From a virus (lineage: Duplodnaviria; Caudoviricetes): 64,000 nucleotides of DNA. The stretch lies in IMG/VR virus record IMGVR_UViG_3300012979_000034, positions 18,405-82,404 of that record; one strand, written 5' to 3'. Each line of letters opens with the position of its first letter. Position 1 is the stretch's first letter. Positions 37,397 through 46,504 of this stretch are shown here, piece after piece. The notes under the pieces are model-generated. The model saw nothing but the letters and a program-made list of their open reading frames with translations, made no database searches and was not told the origin of the DNA. A program made the translations under genes and the position numbers.

Positions 37397-39136
37397 TTAT
37401 TCGTTATTAATTTCTGTGGATATAGTACCAGAAGTCTTATCAATACTAAGAGTAAGACTAATTTCCTGAATAGGTACAATGTCCTTAAATTTCAAGATTA
37501 CTTTATACTTACCCTGACGAACATCGGCTTCATTATTAATTTGAAGGTCATCATAAGAAGAGGCATTCTGATCACCCAACCACTCATATTCGGAGATAGC
37601 ATCTCTAGTAACCAAATCATCTAACTCTGGTTTAACCTCAAGGTACATAGCTGCCCAGGTAGTCCAAATATTTGGTTCCTCTAAGTAAGATTCTAGAATA
37701 GGTCTCAAGAACTTTTTCATATACAGTACTAAACGTACAATAGATAAGAACTTGAAACTGTCTTGTTTTACCTGTGAAGTAAAGCAATGCCAGAGCATGG
37801 TTTGCTTACCAGCATTTCTAGTATCCCTTACTACCACCATATTAGCATAGTTATTAGCTAACTCATTCAACTCTGAATACCGAGAAGGAGAGCCGTAATT
37901 GATAGATACAGGGCCTTGGCCATCATATATTACACCACGATTTTGGCCAGCAAATGATTTCCAATAACCGTAGTCAGTAGCTGAAGCATCTCCAAGTCCC
38001 ATAATCGTACCGATACAATCGGAGTCCGTAAGAATACCGTTATCATTATAATACCGAATACCACCACCAAAATAAGCAACCCACTTAGAATGGCCAATAG
38101 TATTAGCACAGGACTGAATCCAACTAACAATAAGGTTTTTAGTATTATTCTCTTTAGGTACTTCGATGTAATAGGTATATTCTGCAACTTCATCACAAAT
38201 TTCCTTAATAGCCTTGTGTACCTTTAATTGATCTGCTGTTTGTAGATGCTGGTGTATATGAGAACATGATACTTGATATATATCAGTATAATCCCTCAAA
38301 TACTCGGCAGATTCAATCCACTGACTATAAGTTGGAGCAGTACCAGAGTTACCATAAGCAGCTTCTACAGTAACTGAGAAAGTACTTCCCATTGGAGTAC
38401 TAAGTACTGTAACTGAAGGTATACTGTTCCCGTCATAACCAGCTTTATCAACCGAATTAGCTAACCAGTTTAGTAATGTGCTAATAGATACTTGATTATC
38501 ATTGCCATCTACTATACCAGGTTCTAGATACTCCGAATTCTGTAAAAAATTAGCTAATGCTAGATAGTCAAACGAAGTATCATTCAAACCTGTTTGGTCA
38601 GCAGCCATAAAGGTTAGTACTGTACCTGACTCTACTACTGTAGTCTTACCTTTACCAAAGATTTGATAGTAGAGGGTATTATTACTTTGATAGAATTTTA
38701 CATGGAAAGTTGGTGAACCATCAACTTCCTGATCATAAGTTTTTGTCCAGAATCCAATTTTGTAAGTAGTATCCCCTTTAGTAAGGGTTAGGATAGTAGG
38801 CAAATTATCTGCAGTTAGTGTACTCTGAGCTTGAATAGGGTTATTTGGTACACTATCTGTAAGGTAACCCTTAGCATAACCCTCTCCAGGAACACGTATG
38901 ATACGAAGTTTTGAACCAAGTCCCAGGGCTTTTTCTATATTAGAAGGAGAACCATCTGGAACAACTTCACTACCAAACAATCTCTTGAATTGGGATATGG
39001 AGGTCACCAACTTAGTAGGGTCATTAAAAGTGCCCTTAGTAGTACGAGTCAACAAGCATGATACACCGATAGTTGGTGTAGTTTGCTCCAAATTGTTGTT
39101 CTCGAGCTTAAAATTTACTGTTGGAGATAATGGCAT
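37397..39136 (-). CDS. Contractile tail sheath protein
   Basis: SFAGQNRG, FLSIVRL and LEEPN...W motifs of the sheath C-terminal domain. Confidence 0.85.
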   Translation of the reverse strand: MPLSPTVNFKLENNNLEQTTPTIGVSCLLTRTTKGTFNDPTKLVTSISQFKRLFGSEVVPDGSPSNIEKALGLGSKLRIIRVPGEGYAKGYLTDSVPNNPIQAQSTLTADNLPTILTLTKGDTTYKIGFWTKTYDQEVDGSPTFHVKFYQSNNTLYYQIFGKGKTTVVESGTVLTFMAADQTGLNDTSFDYLALANFLQNSEYLEPGIVDGNDNQVSISTLLNWLANSVDKAGYDGNSIPSVTVLSTPMGSTFSVTVEAAYGNSGTAPTYSQWIESAEYLRDYTDIYQVSCSHIHQHLQTADQLKVHKAIKEICDEVAEYTYYIEVPKENNTKNLIVSWIQSCANTIGHSKWVAYFGGGIRYYNDNGILTDSDCIGTIMGLGDASATDYGYWKSFAGQNRGVIYDGQGPVSINYGSPSRYSELNELANNYANMVVVRDTRNAGKQTMLWHCFTSQVKQDSFKFLSIVRLVLYMKKFLRPILESYLEEPNIWTTWAAMYLEVKPELDDLVTRDAISEYEWLGDQNASSYDDLQINNEADVRQGKYKVILKFKDIVPIQEISLTLSIDKTSGTISTEINNE

Positions 39137-39188
39137 TGTTTTTAATTTTTAAATTATTACCTGGTTTGATAAAGGCTTCTGAGTATTG

Positions 39189-39905
39189 TTATTTTATATT
39201 AAGGGTATCAACAATATTATCTATACCTTCATCGTTAATGTTATTAAACATTACTGATATATCTTTGATTGGTACTAATTCCATATCATTTTCAGGATCC
39301 TCTAATATACCATCAGAAATATTATATGAATATACTCTTTCTAGTATACCATGGTTTTCATCATTATGGTCATAGTAGTTACCAACTTCAATAAATATAT
39401 TATCAGTAGGACTTATCTTACCTTGAGCATATTCACACCTATCATTATAATAGGGTTTTATATAACCCATAGCAGGCAGAGCTTTATACATTATAGAATG
39501 CAATAAACGCATATCTGGTTGGTTATTAGCTACCAAATGTACATCTATTACAATATCTTTTGATGTATAGCTTGAGTATTCTATCCTCTTTGGGTTATCT
39601 CTGTCATCAGTATTGAGAGCATACTTTTCTATACCTATATGTCCAGGATAATAACCTTGTAAATCTAAGGTAATTCTAGGACACAGTTTCTGACCCCTAG
39701 ATAAGTTGTTACCTATACCAAAGATAGCTATAAACTTATCCATAGCTTCACGATCTCTATGGAACTTAGCCTGTGTTTCTGGAGTAGGTAATTCAGTATT
39801 GATATCTAGATAATCATTGGGGTCTAGTGTAAGGTCATTTATTTTAGCAGTATATAATAAAGCATAATATACACTGCGCTCTACTATTTCCTGTGTACTT
39901 ACCAT
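39189..39905 (-). CDS. Tail terminator/neck protein (putative)
   Basis: Position upstream of the sheath gene; no decisive motif. Confidence 0.45.
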   Translation of the reverse strand: MVSTQEIVERSVYYALLYTAKINDLTLDPNDYLDINTELPTPETQAKFHRDREAMDKFIAIFGIGNNLSRGQKLCPRITLDLQGYYPGHIGIEKYALNTDDRDNPKRIEYSSYTSKDIVIDVHLVANNQPDMRLLHSIMYKALPAMGYIKPYYNDRCEYAQGKISPTDNIFIEVGNYYDHNDENHGILERVYSYNISDGILEDPENDMELVPIKDISVMFNNINDEGIDNIVDTLNIK

Positions 39906-39906
39906 A

Positions 39907-40509
39907 TTACATCAATTTTTTAAACTCATTCTGCAGATTAGTTTGTATAGACTTTATCAGACGTCTTTGACCACCAACCTCATCATATACGGGTTTCCAT
40001 AAAGGTCTTTTTGGTACATAACCTCTAGAACCTTTATCAACCCTTGAACCAACTTCTAGAATCTTAGCTACCTTTTGTAAAGTTAATAAGCCACTTATAT
40101 GAGAACGAGTTGGTATTTTCATAACCTGATTAGGTAAACCTACATACTGTCTTGAACCAACTTTGGTAGATCTGTAATACTCTACTTTTTCAGTATACAA
40201 GCCTACAGAATCAAAATACTGTCCCATTTTATAGTAGATTCTATAATCTGCAGCCTCATTCTGAGCATACTCTTCACTTAATGCGTCCCAGGTTACTCCT
40301 TTTGGAGGTATACCTCTATTTATACATTCTTTAACCCTCTTTATAACCTCTTTAGCAAAAGAATCAGTACTTTTCTGATAAGCCCGGGCTATAGCTTGAG
40401 GGGTTTCTTTTAATAACTTTAAAGCTTGAGCATTTTTATGGGGGTCAACAAAGATCCTTAACTGACCAAAAGGTAAATCAGTATAAAAGTTTATCTGAGT
40501 AGTAGCCAT
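39907..40509 (-). CDS. Tail completion/neck protein (HK97 gp10-like, putative)
   Basis: ILEVGS...VPKRPLWKP pattern and position. Confidence 0.5.
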   Translation of the reverse strand: MATTQINFYTDLPFGQLRIFVDPHKNAQALKLLKETPQAIARAYQKSTDSFAKEVIKRVKECINRGIPPKGVTWDALSEEYAQNEAADYRIYYKMGQYFDSVGLYTEKVEYYRSTKVGSRQYVGLPNQVMKIPTRSHISGLLTLQKVAKILEVGSRVDKGSRGYVPKRPLWKPVYDEVGGQRRLIKSIQTNLQNEFKKLM

Positions 40510-40521
40510 AATAAAAGTTCT

Positions 40522-40815
40522 TTATATTATTGCTGCTAGACCGTATATTAATATACTAAAGATAAGTATAAAGGAAACACCTAACATAGCAAATCTTACG
40601 TCACCTAAATCAGGTAAATCATCTAACTTTTTTTCCTTATATAATGAAATAATATAGGTAAACGGTATAGCACAAAATAAACCAATAAATAAACCAATAT
40701 CTTTAAAGAAGATGATTCCAGTTAAAGCTATTAAACTCGTAATAACAGAGCCGACAAGGAAATGTATTACCTTATCAGCTCCGTACTTATTTATGATGTT
40801 ATTGGTTAACTTCAT
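40522..40815 (-). CDS. Small multi-TM protein (VanZ-like DKxxHF motif)
   Basis: DKVIHF followed by three hydrophobic helices. Confidence 0.55.
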   Translation of the reverse strand: MKLTNNIINKYGADKVIHFLVGSVITSLIALTGIIFFKDIGLFIGLFCAIPFTYIISLYKEKKLDDLPDLGDVRFAMLGVSFILIFSILIYGLAAII

Positions 40816-41048
40816 TTCTTCATCTTCTTTTTATACTCTTCATCTTTTTCTCTCTGCTCACGATTAGCATCATATGCCTCTCGGTCTTCAATGTTGTAGA
40901 GGAACATATCACGGAGACGTTCGTATGCGCCCTTGATAAAGTCCCATATTATACTGAAACTTTTCCCGTTTCCTCTCCAGACAACATATAAGAATACTCC
41001 AACGAATAAGATTACAACTAATCTCCATTCTAACCAATAGGGTATCAT
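40812..41048 (-). CDS. Single-TM protein
   Basis: N-terminal hydrophobic helix and charged tail; ATGA overlaps. Confidence 0.55.
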   Translation of the reverse strand: MIPYWLEWRLVVILFVGVFLYVVWRGNGKSFSIIWDFIKGAYERLRDMFLYNIEDREAYDANREQREKDEEYKKKMKK

Positions 41049-41194
41049 TTTTTATCTCCTTTCTTATTTTTAAATAACTTATTATACACTCCGATTACTA
41101 GGTCTCTAAAACCTTCCCGATTTTTCTTACTCATAGCACAAGCCGTAACGACTGAGCCAATAACTAATCCTGCAATAAATCCAAAGTCTTCCAT
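41045..41194 (-). CDS. 49-aa single-TM protein, not in the ORF track
   Basis: MEDFGFIAGLVIGSVVTACAMSKKNREGFRDLVIGVYNKLFKNKKGDKK*; ATGA overlap with the next gene. Confidence 0.55.
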   Translation of the reverse strand: MEDFGFIAGLVIGSVVTACAMSKKNREGFRDLVIGVYNKLFKNKKGDKK

Positions 41195-41224
41195 TTTAAA
41201 GTAGATTATATTAAAAATTAACAA

Positions 41225-41584
41225 CTAGGACAAGGAGTCCTTGGAACCTTCGGAGTCTGTGTCACGGGAACCTGTTTGGGTTTGGGTCTCCGAATCCTTG
41301 TAGATGCTATTATAGATTTTTTCATAACAAGTATCTATATATCCAAAAAATAATTCTAACCAAATTGCTATATATGCTGAAAGGAAAGATATTGGTATAG
41401 ATATTATGATATCGGATTTAGATAATAAACAGAAAATCAATACACTCCAGAATGTTAAACACTTTATGCAATTAACTATTGGTAATCTTTTATTTATTAC
41501 CTCTTCGATAGCTGAAATCAGCCCCATGTGGTTTATTAATACACATGATAATATCAATAAACCAATATCTTCCAATTCATTCAT
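41225..41584 (-). CDS. Membrane protein with CxxC motif (DUF1360-like)
   Basis: NCIKCLTFW between hydrophobic helices. Confidence 0.6.
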   Translation of the reverse strand: MNELEDIGLLILSCVLINHMGLISAIEEVINKRLPIVNCIKCLTFWSVLIFCLLSKSDIIISIPISFLSAYIAIWLELFFGYIDTCYEKIYNSIYKDSETQTQTGSRDTDSEGSKDSLS

Positions 41585-41590
41585 AATTCA

Positions 41591-42067
41591 CTACCCATTA
41601 TTCTGACTAACTTCAGTGGCTTCCGTTTCGAGGGTAAATGATACATTCAAACTACACTCATTAGTAGAAGAGCAACCACAGGATACATTAGCAGCATCAG
41701 CCAATACTCCACTAGCAGTTACAGTAGGCATATCTGGTGAAGTAACTGGTACACATATTACAGCAACCACTTTTTCTGTCTGCAAACAAGTATTTTGACA
41801 ACAACCATAGTTATTATAAACCTGTTCATAAGTTAGGTCGCAAATACAACGAACATCACAACAATACACTTCAGTATTTGGTATAAGACGAGGTGCACCA
41901 AGTATCTGGACATCTAAGTTTGAAGCTACTGGGAAACCTTCTGGGTTATTTACACACATCTTCTTATTACCACAAGTGTAATGAGTTAAACCTAGTACAT
42001 AAGATGCACTTGTCTCTGTACTCCCGGGAACTGGAGTAAGGAAATTTACATAAGTTTTTCCGTTCAT
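41591..42067 (-). CDS. Cys-rich beta protein (13 Cys)
   Basis: YCCDVRCICD, GCCQNTC and SCGC motifs. Confidence 0.65.
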   Translation of the reverse strand: MNGKTYVNFLTPVPGSTETSASYVLGLTHYTCGNKKMCVNNPEGFPVASNLDVQILGAPRLIPNTEVYCCDVRCICDLTYEQVYNNYGCCQNTCLQTEKVVAVICVPVTSPDMPTVTASGVLADAANVSCGCSSTNECSLNVSFTLETEATEVSQNNG

Positions 42068-42116
42068 AGTAATTTAATTTATTTGTTTGGGCAGTCTATT
42101 ATTTACACCACTTGCC

Positions 42117-42383
42117 TTATTGTGCTATATCTTGAATCGGATTAATTAGTTCTTCATTCCTTTGCCTTTCTGATATCAGTTCACTTATTTGATTAGCCAT
42201 AGTTAACATAGCTTTACCAAACTCCTCATTCTGAATTTGCAAGGCATTAACTTTTTCAACCATATAAAAACTCATTTGAGCTGAACAAAAAGCATGTTGT
42301 TGAAGTCCACATTTAGTACAATCCTTAGGACAAGGTCTTACTTCCTGGGTTTTATCTGGATTTGGGTTTAACTCTTCTGCCAT
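42117..42383 (-). CDS. Cys-motif + coiled-coil protein
   Basis: PCPKDCTKC...AFC followed by heptads. Confidence 0.6.
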   Translation of the reverse strand: MAEELNPNPDKTQEVRPCPKDCTKCGLQQHAFCSAQMSFYMVEKVNALQIQNEEFGKAMLTMANQISELISERQRNEELINPIQDIAQ

Positions 42384-42402
42384 AATGATATTCTATTTAT
42401 GT

Positions 42403-42609
42403 TTATTTATGAAAATGTTCTATTACTTTGTTACGTACTATAGCATTATCTTTCCAATGTCTTAATGCTTGTGTTACCTTAGCTGCTGAAACATAACGGC
42501 CTTGTCTACCATGTTCATTAATGAAGTTAATGAAAGCTTGTCTCATTTCATCTACTTCCTGCTGATTTTCAGCCCATATATTAAAAGGGGCTACTTGAAA
42601 TGCTTTCAT
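42403..42609 (-). CDS. Hypothetical protein
   Basis: 68-aa ORF in the operon. Confidence 0.55.
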   Translation of the reverse strand: MKAFQVAPFNIWAENQQEVDEMRQAFINFINEHGRQGRYVSAAKVTQALRHWKDNAIVRNKVIEHFHK

Positions 42610-42630
42610 AGCTGTCTAGTTAATTATTAT

Positions 42631-43002
42631 TTAATTAATAGGCGGTATCTGCTCAGATTCAGCTACTTCTTCTACATCGGTAGTAAGGGTTGGTAATTGG
42701 CCCTTATTTACGATAACCTGACGGATAAATTCATAAACCTGAGATAATGTGTTTTGGTTTTGTTTTACCCAATCCATAACTCCATTAGCACCATCTTTAA
42801 CTTGCTGTTGCCATGTTGGAGGTATAGGATCAAAATCGGGTAAATTAATATCCTTAGCATAAAAATCATACATCTCTTGGGCTTTTTTAAGATCACCATT
42901 ACAGTACCATTGACAAACCTGTTTCAATTGTACTTTACTAGTTGGCCTAAAATTTTGTATAAATTCCATCCGTTCTTTATTTTTTCTATTTAACCATAAC
43001 AT
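42631..43002 (-). CDS. Hypothetical protein
   Basis: 123-aa ORF in the operon. Confidence 0.6.
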   Translation of the reverse strand: MLWLNRKNKERMEFIQNFRPTSKVQLKQVCQWYCNGDLKKAQEMYDFYAKDINLPDFDPIPPTWQQQVKDGANGVMDWVKQNQNTLSQVYEFIRQVIVNKGQLPTLTTDVEEVAESEQIPPIN

Positions 43003-43019
43003 CTGAGATAGTATTTATA

Positions 43020-43066
43020 TATAGATTGGGTTGAAAAAAATAAACCTTCCCTCAACCCAATCTATA
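43020..43066. repeat. Perfect 15-bp inverted repeat with 17-nt loop
   Basis: TATAGATTGGGTTGA (43020-43034) / TCAACCCAATCTATA (43052-43066). Confidence 0.9.
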
Positions 43067-43078
43067 ATCTAAACCATT

Positions 43079-43567
43079 TTAGCGTCCGCAGTTACAACTA
43101 CCTGGGCAACCGCATGGTTGAGGTGAGCTGTAGAGGCAAACAGGTTGAGCATCCAAACTTGAACGACCAGTCAGTCTATCGGAGATAATCTGATTATAAG
43201 CAGTAGCCATAGCAGAGTTCTCAACACTAGTATTCTGTGAAGTACTCTGCTGTCCCTGGATAGTATCAGCAACTGATTGAGTAATATTGATGTCACCCTG
43301 GATACGGCGGTTTACTTCACTCTCCAACAAAGCTCCAATATTATCCAACCTCTTGTCAATACCCTCTGAATAAGCTCTGCTAACGTTCTTAGCCTCATTA
43401 GCTTTAGCTCCAGCCCATGCACCTGCACCAATAGCAAGCACTGCTGCACCTACTGCTACGGTTAAACCTGCAATGGCCGTTCCACTAGCATGCTTAGAAT
43501 TCATGGCACCAATTTTAAACTGCTCATACTGAGACAAACCGTACAAACCGTTGGTTGTATTTTCCAT
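43079..43567 (-). CDS. Membrane-anchored protein with Cys-rich C-terminus
   Basis: Gly/Ala-rich hydrophobic segment; ends PVCLYSSPQPCGCPGSCNCGR. Confidence 0.65.
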   Translation of the reverse strand: MENTTNGLYGLSQYEQFKIGAMNSKHASGTAIAGLTVAVGAAVLAIGAGAWAGAKANEAKNVSRAYSEGIDKRLDNIGALLESEVNRRIQGDINITQSVADTIQGQQSTSQNTSVENSAMATAYNQIISDRLTGRSSLDAQPVCLYSSPQPCGCPGSCNCGR

Positions 43568-43692
43568 ACTCTTTCATTTTTAAAGTTAAACATTAAGTTA
43601 TATATTATCGAATGCGCATTCTCTATTGTTATAGATAATTACTAAGTTATTAAGTTTCGCTTAACTACTACTTTTAACTCAAATGGGGGGAT

Positions 43693-44397
43693 TTAGACTA
43701 CATCACTTCCATAAGTGAATGAGCCTGTACCAGCATTGCCGTACAGTGTACCGCCAATCTTGTCATACAGGTATCCAACTCCGTCCTTTCTAACAGGGAT
43801 GAGGTCATAGACCACATTGTCTCCAACTGTTATCTTGAAACTGTAGTACTTGACAGGGTATCTGTATGGTGTCCTGTAGCCTCCAAAAATTCTGAATTCC
43901 GTTATCGCAGCAGTAAGTGGCCTTGCAAGTGTCCTACTGGTTATTTCCCCATTCTCATTGCTTGACCATATACCCTCAGTGCTGAACTCCAATGTCGTCT
44001 TTACTCCACTTATAAAACTCCATCCACCGCTTGATGACACATTCCCGACATGAGAGGCAAACATCAACGAGCCAGTGCCTGAAGTATATGAGTAGAAATC
44101 GGTATTCATCTGCTGATAAGGACTTGCCCCGAACAACGCATACCTGTTTTTCGTTGTCCTTGAACTGTCATAGGTCGAAAGGAACTCACAATCCACACAT
44201 AGATATGTGTTCTTGGCAACTGACAATGGTAGCTGAATGTATTCAGTTCCACTGCTGCCAAGCCATTCCACCTCTGCATCATATGGAAGTGGTGCAGGTC
44301 CACTGCTGTACACAAGAGTGTCACCAAGGTACATCTTGCTAACCTCAGTACTGCCCAAATATATCTTACTGATGTTTTCTGCTCCTTTTCCTATCAT
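43693..44397 (-). CDS. Fibre-associated protein with beta-sandwich (LamG-like) domain
   Basis: ISKIYLGSTEVSKMYLGDTLVY N-terminal motif and YDLIPVRKDGVGYLYD C-terminal motif, both typical of fibre modules; foreign composition. Confidence 0.55.
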   Translation of the reverse strand: MIGKGAENISKIYLGSTEVSKMYLGDTLVYSSGPAPLPYDAEVEWLGSSGTEYIQLPLSVAKNTYLCVDCEFLSTYDSSRTTKNRYALFGASPYQQMNTDFYSYTSGTGSLMFASHVGNVSSSGGWSFISGVKTTLEFSTEGIWSSNENGEITSRTLARPLTAAITEFRIFGGYRTPYRYPVKYYSFKITVGDNVVYDLIPVRKDGVGYLYDKIGGTLYGNAGTGSFTYGSDVV

Positions 44398-45665
44398 TGC
44401 GTAATTACATAAAGGGTGTTACTATCTTTTGTGGTCAGCGCATTGTAATCTGCCTCGCTGATGCTGATAACTTTTTTGATGGTATTATTGCCCATTACAT
44501 TATAACTCATGTTATAAGTAAGGTTGCATCCATTGCTGGATACTATCGCATCACAAAAGAGAATGAAGCCAGCAGGTGCAGAAACACTAAGTGTAAAGTC
44601 AAAGGATAATACCACATTTTGATATTCTTCCAAAATAGTAGGTTGGAGAAAATAAGGAGAACCTATTCCATCATCCCATTTTACAAAAACTGACTTTCCA
44701 GCATTGTATGCTGCAAGGATGGCATCGTATGCAGCAGAGCCTGGAATGTTTTTCGTACCAGTTTGGGAAATCCCTGAAGCATCAACAGTATAGATGAAAG
44801 CACCCTCAATGGAAAGGTTGCCGCTACCCAAAATCGGTTCATTGTTTATGGTCTTTATATTAGTGCCACTGACTAATTGTGCCTGTTTTTCATTCCATGT
44901 GGATTTTTCAGCATCAGTTACAAGGCGATGGGTGGAGTCATCGGTTAACTGTTCTAATGAGCTTGGTATTACCACAACCCTTTCCAAAGTCCACACATCG
45001 CTAGAACTCACTACATATGTATAGGAAGCACCATCATCCATCAGCCTGTAAAAATAAATAGCTGCTGCCTCTTTTCCATCATAAGGATAGAGAAATCCTC
45101 CATACTGCAAATCTACATGACCTCCAGAATTTATAGCAGCCAATATCTCTGCATAGGTATAATTAGCCGTATAAGTAATAACACCAGTACCGGCATCAGT
45201 GCTTCCACTAAGTTCAATGTGCAGATTTGTCGAGATTGTAGGTTTGTCAGTCAAGTCGTTATAGCTGCCGCTGAAATTGCTCTTTGAATTTAGTTGTGTC
45301 TGTATGTTTGAGGTTACACCTGAAAGATACCCTAGTTCAGTTGATGTAACAGGTGATACTGCTACCTTACCACTAGAACTTGAAATTAAAGCTCGTGAAG
45401 CAACTAGATCGACTGAGGCTATAGATGTTGCACCTCCAGTTATTGTATCTTGTTTACTGTTTAATTTTGTATCTACTACTTTTATAGCAGAGTATACACC
45501 ACCTGATGTCACATGGTTAGTACTTCCTTCTATTGGAGCACTATCCATCTCATCTTCATCTGGAACTAGGTAAATTTCAGTATCAGAAGGATTTTCAATA
45601 CTTTGATATTGAGCCTTGGTCAATTTATTAATTACTAAATTGTCTATTGTAGTATCTGTTGCCAT
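44394..45665 (-). CDS. Tail/head fibre protein
   Basis: Related terminal motifs INKLTKAQYQSI...TEIYLV and ISEADYNALTTKDSNTLYVI; SGTNIKTINN and FSGSYNDLTDKP fibre motifs. Confidence 0.65.
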   Translation of the reverse strand: MATDTTIDNLVINKLTKAQYQSIENPSDTEIYLVPDEDEMDSAPIEGSTNHVTSGGVYSAIKVVDTKLNSKQDTITGGATSIASVDLVASRALISSSSGKVAVSPVTSTELGYLSGVTSNIQTQLNSKSNFSGSYNDLTDKPTISTNLHIELSGSTDAGTGVITYTANYTYAEILAAINSGGHVDLQYGGFLYPYDGKEAAAIYFYRLMDDGASYTYVVSSSDVWTLERVVVIPSSLEQLTDDSTHRLVTDAEKSTWNEKQAQLVSGTNIKTINNEPILGSGNLSIEGAFIYTVDASGISQTGTKNIPGSAAYDAILAAYNAGKSVFVKWDDGIGSPYFLQPTILEEYQNVVLSFDFTLSVSAPAGFILFCDAIVSSNGCNLTYNMSYNVMGNNTIKKVISISEADYNALTTKDSNTLYVITQ

Positions 45666-45672
45666 AGTTATA

Positions 45673-46503
45673 TCAATTTATCAATTCTTCAAATGGTATA
45701 TCTTCACGCGTCATATTTTTTCCAAGTTCTTGTACAGTAAGTTTTCTTATATCTGGCGAATGAAGAACAATGCCATCTGGGGTAATAACTTCAGAATATA
45801 AAAGATATGTTTTTCCTGCTTCAACTTTGTCTGCTATATTTACATAACATAAATAACCTGTATAATTTGTTGGACACCCTTTACTTTTAAATACCGTTCC
45901 ACATCTCAGTGTTGTTGAACCTACTTTTAGAGATGCAACTACTCTCATATTTATACTTTCATATTCATTTGCATTTTCCTCTTTCATGTATAATGTAGCA
46001 GAATTATAATTTAAACAATCAATACCTGTCATGTGGAATAAATATGTCCATTTGTTATTACCACCAGGATAAAAATGAGTATATGGGTATAACATCCAAT
46101 CTGGATTTTCTTTCAAATAGTATATAGTTCCTACCTGTGGAGTGTAATTAGTAGTATTTTCAGTTATAGCATTTGTAGCATCAAATATTTTTGTACTTAC
46201 ATTAGTAAGCTCACCATTATATGGTGTACCATTATCTACTATATTGGTAAAAACCTCTGAAGAATATTCACCATTGGCTAAGGCTGTTGCAATTGTACCC
46301 TTACCACCATAATCAGTAAATACTCCACCATATTTATCACCTGCAATAGAAGGAAAATCTATAGTTGGATAATCATTAATATACTTCTTTTCAATTATAT
46401 TATTACTTGTATGGTATATATAGAAACACTCTAGTTCAACTTGAAACTTCATCGGAATACTTCCTACATACATTTTATACTTATCACTTCCTGAATGTAT
46501 CAT
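45673..46503 (-). CDS. Hypothetical fibre-cassette protein
   Basis: 276-aa ORF inside the fibre cassette. Confidence 0.5.
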   Translation of the reverse strand: MIHSGSDKYKMYVGSIPMKFQVELECFYIYHTSNNIIEKKYINDYPTIDFPSIAGDKYGGVFTDYGGKGTIATALANGEYSSEVFTNIVDNGTPYNGELTNVSTKIFDATNAITENTTNYTPQVGTIYYLKENPDWMLYPYTHFYPGGNNKWTYLFHMTGIDCLNYNSATLYMKEENANEYESINMRVVASLKVGSTTLRCGTVFKSKGCPTNYTGYLCYVNIADKVEAGKTYLLYSEVITPDGIVLHSPDIRKLTVQELGKNMTREDIPFEELIN

Positions 46504-46504
46504 G

